From Planctomycetota bacterium (lineage in GTDB: Bacteria > Planctomycetota > UBA8108 > SXIK01), in assembly GCA_965223845.1 (NCBI GenBank), contig CBDCXR010000004.1:1248001-1312000 (forward strand): a DNA stretch of 64,000 nt, written 5' to 3'. Below, piece by piece: positions 8,698 through 19,200 of this stretch. A program made the translations under genes and the position numbers. How positions within the stretch are numbered: position 1 is the first letter of the stretch; each line of letters begins with the position of its first letter. A model generated the notes under the pieces. The model searched no databases. It was not told the DNA's origin and was given only the letters and a program-made list of their open reading frames with translations.

Positions 8698-11600
8698 TTG
8701 AGCTCCACGAGGAACGCGACAAGGTCGCGAAGCTCGCGCCGCGTCAGGAACTGGACGAGGTCTTCCGGCATCGCCGAAACGGCTTTCGTGCGATCGATCA
8801 CACGCGACTTGAATACGGTTCGCGGGGTTCGTTCGGGAGTCACGATGCGGATCGATTCCGCGTCTTCCGACTGAAGAACTCCGCTGATGTCTTCGCCGGT
8901 GTCGAGGACGAGAGTCACGCTGTCGAATCCCTCGGCGATGGTCGCGTTAGGATCGACGATGGCTTCGAGGAGAAGACGCCGGTCGCGGGTGCGCGCGACG
9001 TTCGTGAGCTCGGGGCCGACCTCGCCGCCGTCGCCTCCGATGCGATGGCAGCGAAGACACGACACCTCGGCTTTCGAGTAAAAGATCTCTCGTCCGCGCT
9101 CAGCGTCTCCGCCGATCAGTGTGTCATCGAACGTCGCGGTTCGACCGGCCGCTGCTTTCCAAGCCTCGTAGGATTCGAGCTCGGTGGCGATCGCAGGGAC
9201 GCTCTGCGCGCGCGCTCGTGCCGTCTCGAGGAGCTCGAGCGCGTACGCGCGAGGCGCCTTTTCCTCGCGAAGCGATCGAACCTCGCTCGCGATCAGCGAA
9301 TCGACCTCGGGCGTCGCGACCGACCCGAGGATCTCGAATGCGGCTTGGCGCACGTGATCGTCACCGTCGAGAAGCGAGCGGCGGCACTCGGCGATCGTCT
9401 CGTCCCGAGTCGCCCCCTTCGCGAACAGGTGAAGTGCCGCCGCGCGCACCGCTCCGTGATCGTCGGTGAGGGCGTCTCCCACGATTTGAGAGCGATCGCG
9501 CGTCGAAACCGAGTCCGCCGCCGCTAGCGCGCGGAGCGCGCTGACGCGCACCTCACCGGGCGCTCCCCTCCGCGCGAGCACCGCGCGTAGGCTCGCGGCG
9601 ATCGCGGGAGAGTCGACGGTGCGTGCCGCCGCGACGGCGTCGGCGAGGACCGCGGACGGCGCGCGGGCGAGGACGGTCGGCAGAATCTCTTCGAGCGCAG
9701 TCGCCGCGGGTGCGCCGTCGCGGGGAGGAATCGGGCGCCAGAGCGAGAGAACTCGGTCTCGACCCGATGGCGCGCGCCAGTCGGCGAGCATGCGCAGCGC
9801 TTCCCGGCGCAGGGTCTCCGCGAGATCGTCGGAATTCGCTGCCCGGGCGATGGCGCGAGCGTTTTCGCGCCCTCCGCGTCGGAAACGTGCATTGAGTACG
9901 CGGTGAGCGACGGACTCGGAAAGACCCGTCGCGGCCGCGCCGGTGAGCGGGACCGCGGCCACGGAGTCGAGCGCAGAAGGAATCGGTACGTCGTGTACGG
10001 CGCGAATCGCCTCCGCCGCGACGTCGCTCTCGCGGTCGCGCACGAAGCGGCGCACCGCAGGCGAGGCGAGTCTTCGAAGCGCGACCACGACCGCGACGCG
10101 CACCGCCTTCGCCGGATGGGAATAGATTGCTTCGAGGGCCTTCGGATTCCGCTCTCCGATACCCGCGAGTGCCATCACACCCGCGTGACGAAGAAATGGG
10201 TCTTCGCCCCGGTTTGCGTCGAGCATCCTCGCGACTCGATCGGCGTCGGAACCGTCTCCGGTCCGGGCTAGTCCTTGAGCCGCGAAGAACTGAACGCGGG
10301 GCAGGGCGTCCTCGAGGCCGCGGCGAAACGCTTCCCGCGCTCCGGGATCCGATCCCCACCGGAGAACCCGCAGAGCCTGCGCGCGAATCTCGCCGTGCGC
10401 GTCGTCCGCGACCCCCGCGACGACCGAGCCCAGCTCGGGATGGCGATCGAGCATTTGACCGATCGCCCAGAGCGCGTGGACGCGCGCGACGAGCGGTTTC
10501 GTGCTCGCGAGGACTCTCTCGAGAATCGGGAGCGCGTCGAGCTCGCGGGACGCGAGTGCGAACTGCGCCGCTTGTCGCACGCGTCGGTCGGAATGCTCGA
10601 GTCGCGTCGCGAGCTCGGTCGACGAAGCGTCGTCCGTGCCTCGCGCGAGGAGTTGGCGGACGCTCTCTGCTTCACGATTCGCTTCGCGCGGCCTCACTCG
10701 GTAGATGCGTCCCTTGCCGGGCTTATCCCAGCCTTCGACCCAGTCGGAGATGTAGAGCGCCCCATCGGGTCCGAAGTCGACGTCCGTCGCGAGCGCGCCC
10801 CAGAGGAACTTGTGGTGGTCGACGAGCTCGAATCCGGCGCCGCGCGGCACGACGGCGAACGAGCGGACGCCGCTCTTCGCGCTGTCGCCGCGAAAGTCGC
10901 ACAGAAAGAAGTGCCCGCGGTAGCGCTCGGAGAGTCCCGTGCCCGGGTAGTAGGTCAGCCCCGCAGGACCGTCCGCGATGTTGAGGATGGGCGGAACAAT
11001 GTGAGCCGGCTGGCCGTCGAAGTGCGGGCGCCAGAGGAGCTCGCTGTTCCACGGTCCGCGACTCACCGGCCACTCGATGTACTGAAAGCTCATCCGCCAC
11101 CCGCTGTCACTCCCCTCGACGAGATAGGTCCACCGTGCGAGGTCACCGCTGTCGGAATTGTTCTCTCCGGTGAAGAGATTGCCGAGGTCGTCGAACGCGA
11201 GCTCCTGCGGATTGCGAAGTCCGGTGGCGAACACCTCGAGTTCGGAGCCATCGGGGTGGCAGCGGAGAACCGCGCCCGTGTGCGGATGCGCGATCACTCG
11301 CTCGCCGGTCTCGACGTGAAGTCCGCGGTCGCCGACGGAGAAGTACAGCTTCCCGTCGGGTCCGAACGTGAGTCCGTGGAGATCGTGACCGAGGAAGGCG
11401 ACGTGAACGCCGTAGCCCGTGTGGAGCTCGCGGCGGGCGTCGGCGACACCGTCGCGGTTCTGATCGCGAAGGTGCCAGAGGCTCGGGATGCATGCGTACC
11501 AGACATCGTCTCCGCGCGCGAGGACACCGGCTCCGATTCCGTCCTCCGCGCGGTGGAAACCGTCCGCGAAGACCGTGGAACGATCGAGGCGGCCGTCGGC

Positions 11601-12068
11601 GTCCGTGTCTTCGAGCAAGCGAAGGCGATCGTGCGCGACGGCCCATGCCGGGAACGCATCTCCGAGATGCTTCCGCATGAACGCGAGACGGTCGGCCACC
11701 GTCGTCGCGGCGAGATCGTCGTCCAGCCATTCCATGTGGCGGCGGTTGTCCGAGACGCCGGCGAAGTGGCGAAACGTTTCCGCCACGTAGAATCGACCGC
11801 GCTCGTCGATCGTGAACGCAACGGGATTCGCGAGATCGGGTTCGGACGCGGCCAGCTCGACGACGAACTCGGGCGCGACGCGGATGCGCCGAACCGCTAG
11901 CTCGCCTTCAGGCGAGCGCGGATAGATCGTCGGAATGAAATCGTCTTCGGCAACTAAGAACGGAGGTCCGCTCGCGGCGACGCTGAGGACGAGAGCAAAC
12001 GCTGACCGTGCCCTGCGGTGCGGCGAGGTCGCACGCGGCGGTCGAAGTATCGGAGCGAGTGCTGGCAT
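8694..12068 (-). CDS. PVC-type heme-binding CxxCH protein (beta-propeller dehydrogenase-like domain + HEAT repeats + cytochrome c)
   Basis: 'ANPVAFTIDERGRFYVAET', 'LTFGPDGKLYFSVGD', 'GLRNPQEL', HEAT-like repeats, C-terminal 'GREIFY..CLRCH...VGPELT...SAMPEDL'. Start uncertain (12068 or 12122). Confidence 0.9.
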   Translation of the reverse strand: MPALAPILRPPRATSPHRRARSAFALVLSVAASGPPFLVAEDDFIPTIYPRSPEGELAVRRIRVAPEFVVELAASEPDLANPVAFTIDERGRFYVAETFRHFAGVSDNRRHMEWLDDDLAATTVADRLAFMRKHLGDAFPAWAVAHDRLRLLEDTDADGRLDRSTVFADGFHRAEDGIGAGVLARGDDVWYACIPSLWHLRDQNRDGVADARRELHTGYGVHVAFLGHDLHGLTFGPDGKLYFSVGDRGLHVETGERVIAHPHTGAVLRCHPDGSELEVFATGLRNPQELAFDDLGNLFTGENNSDSGDLARWTYLVEGSDSGWRMSFQYIEWPVSRGPWNSELLWRPHFDGQPAHIVPPILNIADGPAGLTYYPGTGLSERYRGHFFLCDFRGDSAKSGVRSFAVVPRGAGFELVDHHKFLWGALATDVDFGPDGALYISDWVEGWDKPGKGRIYRVRPREANREAESVRQLLARGTDDASSTELATRLEHSDRRVRQAAQFALASRELDALPILERVLASTKPLVARVHALWAIGQMLDRHPELGSVVAGVADDAHGEIRAQALRVLRWGSDPGAREAFRRGLEDALPRVQFFAAQGLARTGDGSDADRVARMLDANRGEDPFLRHAGVMALAGIGERNPKALEAIYSHPAKAVRVAVVVALRRLASPAVRRFVRDRESDVAAEAIRAVHDVPIPSALDSVAAVPLTGAAATGLSESVAHRVLNARFRRGGRENARAIARAANSDDLAETLRREALRMLADWRAPSGRDRVLSLWRPIPPRDGAPAATALEEILPTVLARAPSAVLADAVAAARTVDSPAIAASLRAVLARRGAPGEVRVSALRALAAADSVSTRDRSQIVGDALTDDHGAVRAAALHLFAKGATRDETIAECRRSLLDGDDHVRQAAFEILGSVATPEVDSLIASEVRSLREEKAPRAYALELLETARARAQSVPAIATELESYEAWKAAAGRTATFDDTLIGGDAERGREIFYSKAEVSCLRCHRIGGDGGEVGPELTNVARTRDRRLLLEAIVDPNATIAEGFDSVTLVLDTGEDISGVLQSEDAESIRIVTPERTPRTVFKSRVIDRTKAVSAMPEDLVQFLTRRELRDLVAFLVELK

Positions 12069-12243
12069 CGCAATCGTCAATTGAAAGTCGGGAGAAAGCT
12101 CGGCGGGGGAGGGGCGAGGCACGCCGAAAGACTACGAAGTGTACTCGGTCGGGACCCGTGCGCTACTTTCTTTCGTTTTCCCTCGAAAAGCTTTCACCGA
12201 GTCGTTTCGAACGGGTTACTCTCGAGAGTGCGAGAGGTACTCG

Positions 12244-12852
12244 ATGACTGATCCTACGGAACGGCCGACCGCGGCGGACGACGAGTGCATCGTTCCGCTC
12301 TTCCCGCTGAAGGGAGTGTTTCTCTTCCCCGGCCTCCTTCAGGCGCTCCACATCTTTGAACCGCGCTATCGCCAGATGGTCGAGGACTTACTCGATCGCT
12401 CCGGCTCGTTCGTCATCGGCACGGTGCTCGACGCGACCGACGAAGAGATGATGGAGAATCCGGCGATCGAGCCGGTCGGTGGGCTGGGTCGCATCGAATT
12501 CTATCGCCGCTACGACGACGGGCGGTTCAATGTGCTCGTTCACGGTCTCGCGCGCGTCGAAGTCGCGGAGCTCGAGAGCGACCGGCTCTACCGGAAAGTG
12601 CGCTACACGAAGCTGCCCGAGGTGGGTTGCTCCGACGAAGAGTCGGCGGAGCTCGTACCACGGCTGCGAAAAGCCGTGACGCGCGTCCTCAAGAAGGCGG
12701 CCGAGCTCCCGGATGATCTGTCGGTCTCGCAGCTCGTCGACCTCCTTCTCTTTCAGCTGACGCTCCCCGACAGTGAGCTCCACCAGCTCTACTCGGAACC
12801 CCTCGTCACCGAGCGCGCCCGTGCGGTTCTCGCTCTGCACGGCTATTCCTGA
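12244..12852 (+). CDS. LON peptidase substrate-binding (N-terminal) domain protein
   Basis: 'VPLFPLKGVFLFPG..LHIFEPRYRQMVED', 'DDGRFNVLVHGLARV'. No AAA or protease domain. Confidence 0.88.
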   Translation: MTDPTERPTAADDECIVPLFPLKGVFLFPGLLQALHIFEPRYRQMVEDLLDRSGSFVIGTVLDATDEEMMENPAIEPVGGLGRIEFYRRYDDGRFNVLVHGLARVEVAELESDRLYRKVRYTKLPEVGCSDEESAELVPRLRKAVTRVLKKAAELPDDLSVSQLVDLLLFQLTLPDSELHQLYSEPLVTERARAVLALHGYS

Positions 12853-13050
12853 TTGGCTCTGCGACCGCCACCCGAGCGAGGGTGTCTGTGTGGAACTCCG
12901 GCGGGACCGGTGAGGGCATACGATTGCGGCAGTGCGGAGCGTTCGTCGGGCCGACGCAAACTCTGCGCTCGCGGAGACGGGGCCGTTTCGGCTACAACGT
13001 TCCGCCGGACGCACTGAATCGTCACGCGGACTTCCGACGAGGGACGCATC

Positions 13051-13353
13051 ATGCGCGATCGAGAGAGTTCAGACAGAGCACGGGGAACGGGCCGGTCGCG
13101 GCGGCTGACCGTCATTCTTGCGTTGCTCTTCGCGTTCGCTGTATTCATGGCGACCGGACCCGGGCTTCTTCTCGTCAACCCCGACGCAGAAGACCCGAAT
13201 GCGAAGCGGATGTGGGCCGGCGTCCCGATCATTTACGCGTGGGGCATCGCGTGGTTCGCCGTCATGATTTCGGTCCTCGCGTCGTTCTATTTCCTGCGCT
13301 GGCGTCACGCGGCAGATGATGCGGACGGGAGAGGACGAGGCATTCCGGAATGA
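13051..13353 (+). CDS. Small two-TM protein, symporter-associated (DUF3311/DUF485-like)
   Basis: Two hydrophobic segments, 'WAGVPIIYAW' motif, ATGA overlap with the downstream SSS gene. Confidence 0.75.
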   Translation: MRDRESSDRARGTGRSRRLTVILALLFAFAVFMATGPGLLLVNPDAEDPNAKRMWAGVPIIYAWGIAWFAVMISVLASFYFLRWRHAADDADGRGRGIPE

Positions 13354-15008
13354 CTCACGTTCTTCTCCAAGCCGCGGGTGACGCCGATGCGCGCGCGGCC
13401 GCGGCGCAGTCGCTGCAAACGGCGGCTCTCGTCGTCCTCGCTCTCTATATCGTTCTCCTCCTCGTGCTCGGAGTCGTGGGGTTTCGAAAAAGTCGTGCGA
13501 GCGAGGAGGACTACTACCTCGCTGGACGCGGTCAAGGCTGGATCGTCACTTCGCTCACGATCATGGCGACGTTCTTCAGCTCCTTCGCTCTCCTCGGCGC
13601 TCCAGGTCTCGTTTACCGCGAGGGCGTCGTGTTTGCGCTCTTTTCGCTGAACGTCCCGCTCGCCGGAGCGATGGTCTATCTCTTCGGTAGTCGTCTCTCG
13701 CGTCTCGGGGCGCGCGGAAGATTCGTGACGCCCGCGGACCTCGTCGCGGATGCCTACGGGAGTCCCGTCGCGCTTCGCCTGCTCGTCGCGGCGGTCTGCG
13801 TGCTCTACGCGATCCCCTACGTCGTCATGCAGATGAATGCCGGTGGGATCGTGTCGGAAGTGCTCTTCCCGGACTCGCCCGCAGCGTTCGACATCGGAGT
13901 GAGCGCGCTCGCCGTCGTGACCGTCGTCTACGTGATGATCGGCGGGATGCGGAGCGTCGCGTGGACCGACGTGATCCAGGGCGCCATGCTCCTCGCCGGA
14001 ATGCTCCTCGCCGGTGCGGCGACGGTCTGGGCGCTCGGCGGCGTCGGTTCGTTCCTCGATCGAGTCGCGGAGCTGCCGCCGCGGTCGCTCTCTGCTCCGG
14101 GGACGACGGGGAGTTGGCCCGTCTCGAAGCTCTTTACGGTCTGCACCGTCGCGGCGTGCGGCTCGATGCTCCAACCCGCGCAGTGGATGCGCTACTACGC
14201 GGCGCGTTCGTCGCGTACGCTCGCGCGGAGCGCGCTGATCTTCGGCACCGTTCTCCCCGCGTGTTTCCTTTTCGGTGTCATGCTCGTCGGGCTCGGAGGA
14301 CAGGCGCTTTATCCGCTCGTCGACGCCACGGGAGCGTACCGCCTCGACGAGGCCGGACGAGTCCTCCCCCATCCCGAGATCGGCGCTGCGGCGCGCGACT
14401 TCGACAACATCCTTGTCGTCGTCCTCACGCGCTATCTCCCCGAGATGATGGGATCGCTCGGCATCGCGCTCGCCGCGATCGTCGTCGTCGCGATCATGGC
14501 GGCCTCGATGAGCACCGCGGACAGCAATCTCCACGCGCTGAGCGCGGTGTTCACGCGCGACGTCTACGATCGGTTCCTTCGGCCTTCGGCAACCGAACGC
14601 GAACGAACGTGGGTCGGGCGCGCTGCGATCGTCGTCGTCACGGCGGGGGCGGTCGGGCTCATCTACGCGAATCGCCTGGTCGAAGGATTCAATCCGCTCG
14701 CACTCATCGCGCAGATGGGACTCCTCGCGATCGCATTCTCGACGCAGCTCCTACCGGTGACGATCGATCTCCTCTTTGTCCGAAAGGGGACGCGAGCCGG
14801 GGCGATCGCCGGGCTCACCGTCGGCATCGCCGTCGTTCTCCTGTTCACCCCGCTCGCTCCGGACGCGGTCGCACCGTGGACGAAAACCATCGGCCGGACG
14901 GTGGACACGGGTGCGTTCGCGCTCGCGTTCAACCTCGGGGTGTTCGCCGCGGTCAGCGCGCTGGGGAGCCGAAGTCGACGACTAGGCAATGATGTCCGGA
15001 ATGCGTAG
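13350..15008 (+). CDS. Sodium:solute symporter family protein (PanF/MctP-like)
   Basis: 'EEDYYLAGRG', 'ATFFSSFALLGAPG', 'GGMRSVAWTDVIQG', 'AASMSTADS'. Confidence 0.93.
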   Translation: MTHVLLQAAGDADARAAAAQSLQTAALVVLALYIVLLLVLGVVGFRKSRASEEDYYLAGRGQGWIVTSLTIMATFFSSFALLGAPGLVYREGVVFALFSLNVPLAGAMVYLFGSRLSRLGARGRFVTPADLVADAYGSPVALRLLVAAVCVLYAIPYVVMQMNAGGIVSEVLFPDSPAAFDIGVSALAVVTVVYVMIGGMRSVAWTDVIQGAMLLAGMLLAGAATVWALGGVGSFLDRVAELPPRSLSAPGTTGSWPVSKLFTVCTVAACGSMLQPAQWMRYYAARSSRTLARSALIFGTVLPACFLFGVMLVGLGGQALYPLVDATGAYRLDEAGRVLPHPEIGAAARDFDNILVVVLTRYLPEMMGSLGIALAAIVVVAIMAASMSTADSNLHALSAVFTRDVYDRFLRPSATERERTWVGRAAIVVVTAGAVGLIYANRLVEGFNPLALIAQMGLLAIAFSTQLLPVTIDLLFVRKGTRAGAIAGLTVGIAVVLLFTPLAPDAVAPWTKTIGRTVDTGAFALAFNLGVFAAVSALGSRSRRLGNDVRNA

Positions 15009-15151
15009 TCGAACGGAGCAGGGGCCCCGGAGCTGACGCGCCGTCACCCTCGCGCGGACGGCCCTAGTCTCTTCGGCCGTCAAGCGATCGACGGAGAGAG
15101 CCTGCTCGGCCCCGATCGAAACTGATTCCTTCGGACGCGCGCCGAGACAAT

Positions 15152-16222
15152 TCACTCGATCCGTCCGCCGCCGAGGCACCACTCGCCGTCGTAAAACACC
15201 GCGAACTGTCCCGGGGCGACGCCGCGATCGCCTTCGCCTAGGAGCCGGACTTGGAGACTTGTCCCGGCGGCACTCGTGCCCGACATCTCCGAGAGCTCGC
15301 AATCGTAGAGCACCTCGGAGTGGCGGAGCTTCGCGCGAAGGCGACGCGTAGCAGGGGGGCCGCTGATCCAGTGAATGTCGGCGACGTTGAACTCGCGGCG
15401 GTTGTACTCGTCGATCGCCTTCGAGTGCGCGACGTAGACCATGTTCTTCGCCGGATCTTTTGCGACGACGTACCAGGGCCCGCCTGAGAGGCCGAGTCCC
15501 TTTCGCTGTCCAATCGTGTGAAACCAGTATCCCTCGTGACGGCCGAGCTCGCGCCCACTCACGTGTTCGACGATCGCACCTTCGCGTTCGCCGAGGTGAT
15601 GCTTCACGAAATCGCCGTAGTGGATCTTGCCGAGAAAGCAGATGCCCTGGCTGTCGGGTCGCGCTCGATTCGGCAGTGCGAAGCGCTCGGCGAGCGCGCG
15701 GACTTCCGCCTTTCTCAGGTGGCCGATCGGGAAGAGCGAGCGCTCGAGTTGAGCGTGACTGAGGTGGGAGAGAAAGTACGTCTGGTCCTTGATGGGGTCG
15801 ACACCGCGGAGGAGTCGGACGATCTCCCCGTCGCGCTCGACCCGGGCGTAGTGGCCCGTCGCAACCCGCTCGAATTCGCTTCCGATCGAGTCTGAGAACG
15901 CGCCGAACTTGATGCGTTGGTTGCAGAAGATATCGGGACTCGGCGTGTGCCCCGCTTCGAGCTCGGCGAGAGCGTACGCGACGACACGATCGTAGTACTC
16001 CCGCTGGAGCGGGACGATCTCGAGCGGCACTCCCGCGCTCTCGGAGACCGCACGCGCGTAGCGAAGATCGTCCTCCCACGGGCAATCGCCGAGGAACGCG
16101 ACGTCCTCCTCGAGCCAGATCTTGAGATAGAACGCCGTTAGCTCGTTCTCGCCCTCGGCCGCGAGAAGGCGGAGAGCGACGGAGCTGTCGACCCCACCGG
16201 ATAGGAGAACTGCGATGCGCAT
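15152..16222 (-). CDS. mnmA: tRNA 2-thiouridine(34) synthase MnmA
   Basis: 'SGGVDS' PP-loop, 'TPSPDIFCNQRIKF', 'ATGHYAR', 'KDQTYFL', 'DSQGICF', 'TIGQRKGL', 'APGQFAVFY'. Confidence 0.97.
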   Translation of the reverse strand: MRIAVLLSGGVDSSVALRLLAAEGENELTAFYLKIWLEEDVAFLGDCPWEDDLRYARAVSESAGVPLEIVPLQREYYDRVVAYALAELEAGHTPSPDIFCNQRIKFGAFSDSIGSEFERVATGHYARVERDGEIVRLLRGVDPIKDQTYFLSHLSHAQLERSLFPIGHLRKAEVRALAERFALPNRARPDSQGICFLGKIHYGDFVKHHLGEREGAIVEHVSGRELGRHEGYWFHTIGQRKGLGLSGGPWYVVAKDPAKNMVYVAHSKAIDEYNRREFNVADIHWISGPPATRRLRAKLRHSEVLYDCELSEMSGTSAAGTSLQVRLLGEGDRGVAPGQFAVFYDGEWCLGGGRIE

Positions 16223-16238
16223 CGCGCGCGTTCCGGGC

Positions 16239-19200
16239 TCAGCGGGCCGTGCGCGCGCCGGCGACTTCGGCCCGGCGCTTCACGTGTAAGAGGACGGGGC
16301 GCGAAGTCTGTGCCCCCGCTTCATTCGTCACTGCGTGACACAGCCGGCTCGTCTCCGGCACCCAGTCGTACGCGGTGAGAAAGATCTCGCGTTCGTTGAC
16401 ATTCGGAGGCATGAGAACGCCGTTGAGGCCGATGTTGTCGACGATCACTCCGTGAGGGAGATTGTCGACTCGAAACGTGATTCGATTCTTGTGACTTCGA
16501 CGCTCGACGCGAAGGAGAGCGCGGATGGTCTCGCCGGGCGCGATCGTGAGCTCGACCGGACGGGGATCGAACGTCTTTCGCGGGCGCCCGCGCGCCGAGA
16601 CGCGGAAGCAGCCGACGTTGTGGGAGGTGGCTCCCGAGTGCTGCTCGAGCGTTAGCTTGAGCGCTCCGTCCGCGGCGAGCTCGAGCGGTTTGGCGAGCTC
16701 GAGCGTCGCGGCGTGCGACGGATCGCCGTCGCTATTCTTCGGAACGATGTAGCCCTTGTCGGTGCGCCGCGCGATCGCCCAGCCGGTCTTCGCGTCGTCA
16801 TCGATGAGCGCCGCGGGTGAAAAACCGGACTGCGTGAAGTCCGCACTCGCCGCCTTGAAGACGAGTCGCTTGATGGACGCCGGATTCGAGCGCGGAGCCG
16901 CCGACGCGCCGATCCGCGTGATGACGAGGTTGCCGTTGTCGGCGCGTCCCGGTCCGTTCGCCGGGAGGCTGGGATCGGAGAGAACCTCGAGACGAAGCGC
17001 GTCGATCTCCTCGAGATCGGCGTCGTACGTGATCGTATAGGTCTCGGTGAGCGGATTGGAGCCGGAAGCGAGCAGAGCGCCGTCCGCGCGCGGCGTGAGC
17101 ACGGTCCCGCTATCCGCGATGAACTGGCGCGGCCGGAGCGCGATCCAGGTCGGCGCGGGATCCGCCTCGACCGAGTCGACGTCCTGAAGATCGACGAGCA
17201 GCGCAGGGGGATCCGCGATCTTGACGGACCCGAGAGTCCCGACCACGCGCGAGACCTCCTCGCCGCCGATCCTTGCGGTCGCGGTGAGACGAAGAACGTC
17301 GTCCCTCGCGTCGACCGCTGTCGCGTCCGGAGTCGCGAAGATCGTCCCTTGTGCGGACATCTGGTCCGCCTGTATTTCGATCGGCGTCGAAACGACCATC
17401 CCGGGAGGAACACCGTCGATTTCGATTCGGATGGGTCCCTCGTACCCGTCTTTTCGATCGACGCTCACCGTGAACCCGCGGCCGCTGCCGCGCGGAACGC
17501 TCGCGTCCCTGCCGCCAATTCGGACGGCGAAGTCAGGGCGAGCAGGACGGACGACGAGCCGATAGGTGTGGCGCGGGCTCTGCTCGCCGGTGACGCTCGT
17601 CACTCGCACGCAGTACTCGCCCGTCGCGGGCGCGGTGAAGTAGAGGCGCGAATCGCTGCCGATCGTGCGCCGGCCGGCGTCATCGTTTTCGTAGTGGATG
17701 AGGAACGTCGGGAGTCCGTTCGGCGAGAGACGAGCGCCGGGCGGATGCGGGTCGACGATGTAGCCGTTCTCTTGGAGCGGATGCGCGGTTGCCGTCGTGC
17801 CGAAATACGCCCGGCGCTTTCCCGCTGACGTATAAAAGATCATGTCAGAATCGGGACCTTGAGGCATGCGGAAGAGACGGCACACATCCCCTTGGAGATA
17901 GAGATACTGGTCGAGCGTCATCTCTTCCCAGTTGTCGAGACGCGCACCGCTCTGATCGGAGTTGATCGGGCGAAAGTTGATGCTGGTGTCGCGAACCGCT
18001 CGGAGGAGCACACGCGGAACCGGTACTCCGGCAGCGTCGAGGATCTCGATCTTCGTATCGAGCGGCGAACGCCTTCGCGCCGCGTCGGTCTCGACGAGAT
18101 AGACCGTTCCCGCCTCCGCGGTGAACCGATGGAGATCGACGTCGATGCCCGTTCCGCTCGCTGCGATGCGTCCCGAGACGACGACCGGCACCGAAACCGC
18201 CCCGGCTTTGCTCGCCTCGTCGTTCGGCTCCGTTTCGACGATCTCGAGTTCGGAGGTCGCCTCGACGCGAATCGCGCCCCGCGAGCGAAATCCGGGCGGA
18301 AGCGAGACATCGATCTCTCCCGCCTGGGCTCGTTCGACCTCGATGGGCTCTGCGTCCCCGATGTTGAATCCGACGAGCTCGACGGTCGACTTCCGTCCGG
18401 CGCTCACGCTCAGCGGGAACGTCCCCGTCACGTACGCAAACGTCCCGACGTCGACGCGGTACTCGAATTCGGGGGTACCGCGGAGCTGAAGGTCGTAGAG
18501 GCGGGCGCGATACACACCGTCCGCCGGAAGCTCGTAGGCCGCAATGGGATCCCGGCCGCGACCGGGGACGTCGTTCACGCGGGCGAGGATGCGGCCGTCG
18601 GCGTCGAGGAGATCGAGAACGAGGTCCGCCTTGGCGCCGATCCCTTCGGAGGCGACGTCGAAGACGACCATCTCGCCCGCCCTGCCGCGAAACGCGTAGG
18701 TGTCGACATCGCCCGCCTCCGAGAGCGAGCCCCAGACGCTGCGGCCGTCGTCGATCGCGAGCACGTCCCCCGCATCGGCGAGCTGATCCTCGTAGACGTG
18801 GGGGAGGTCACCGACGAAGAAGGCCACCTTTTCACTGTCGCCACCGGGTCCGACGAGAGAGAGCTCGTACCGACCCGGTGCGAGGTCGGCGGACGGCCGG
18901 AGGGTGATCTGCTCGCGTTCGCCCTCGGTGATGCTCGCCTCGATCTTGCCCGTGCCGTGAATGCGGACTTCGCGCGCCCCAGCTAGATTCTTGCCGACGA
19001 GCCGGATCGAAGTCTCGCGGCCCCGTTCGACGCCCTGCGGCGACACCCGCACGAGCTCGGGCTTCGCCGGCTTTCCGTCGCCCTTCTTCTTCCCCGGAGC
19101 CTCGTCCGCTCCGTCCTCGAGGAGGGCCAATGCCAAGAAGACTGTGCGAGCGAGGAATGTCGCGGTCGATGGCGACGCCCCACGCGCTACGCGGACTGCA

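Noticed and set aside
10275-11900. Long antisense or alternative-frame ORFs (also 7324-8622, 21142-22731, 28812-31007, 33118-35028, 42800-44704, 47561-49102, 54713-56287, 61884-63581 and others)
   Set aside because: They overlap well-supported genes, are mostly Arg/Ala-rich or mirror-frame translations, and carry no family motifs. This is expected shadowing in high-GC DNA.
15152-16222. MnmA as a sulfur-relay partner of the Ubl or of the DUF1501 cluster
   Set aside because: Ordinary housekeeping gene ~38 kb from the Ubl. MnmA thiolation does not use a Ubl carrier, and adjacency to the cluster is not evidence by itself.
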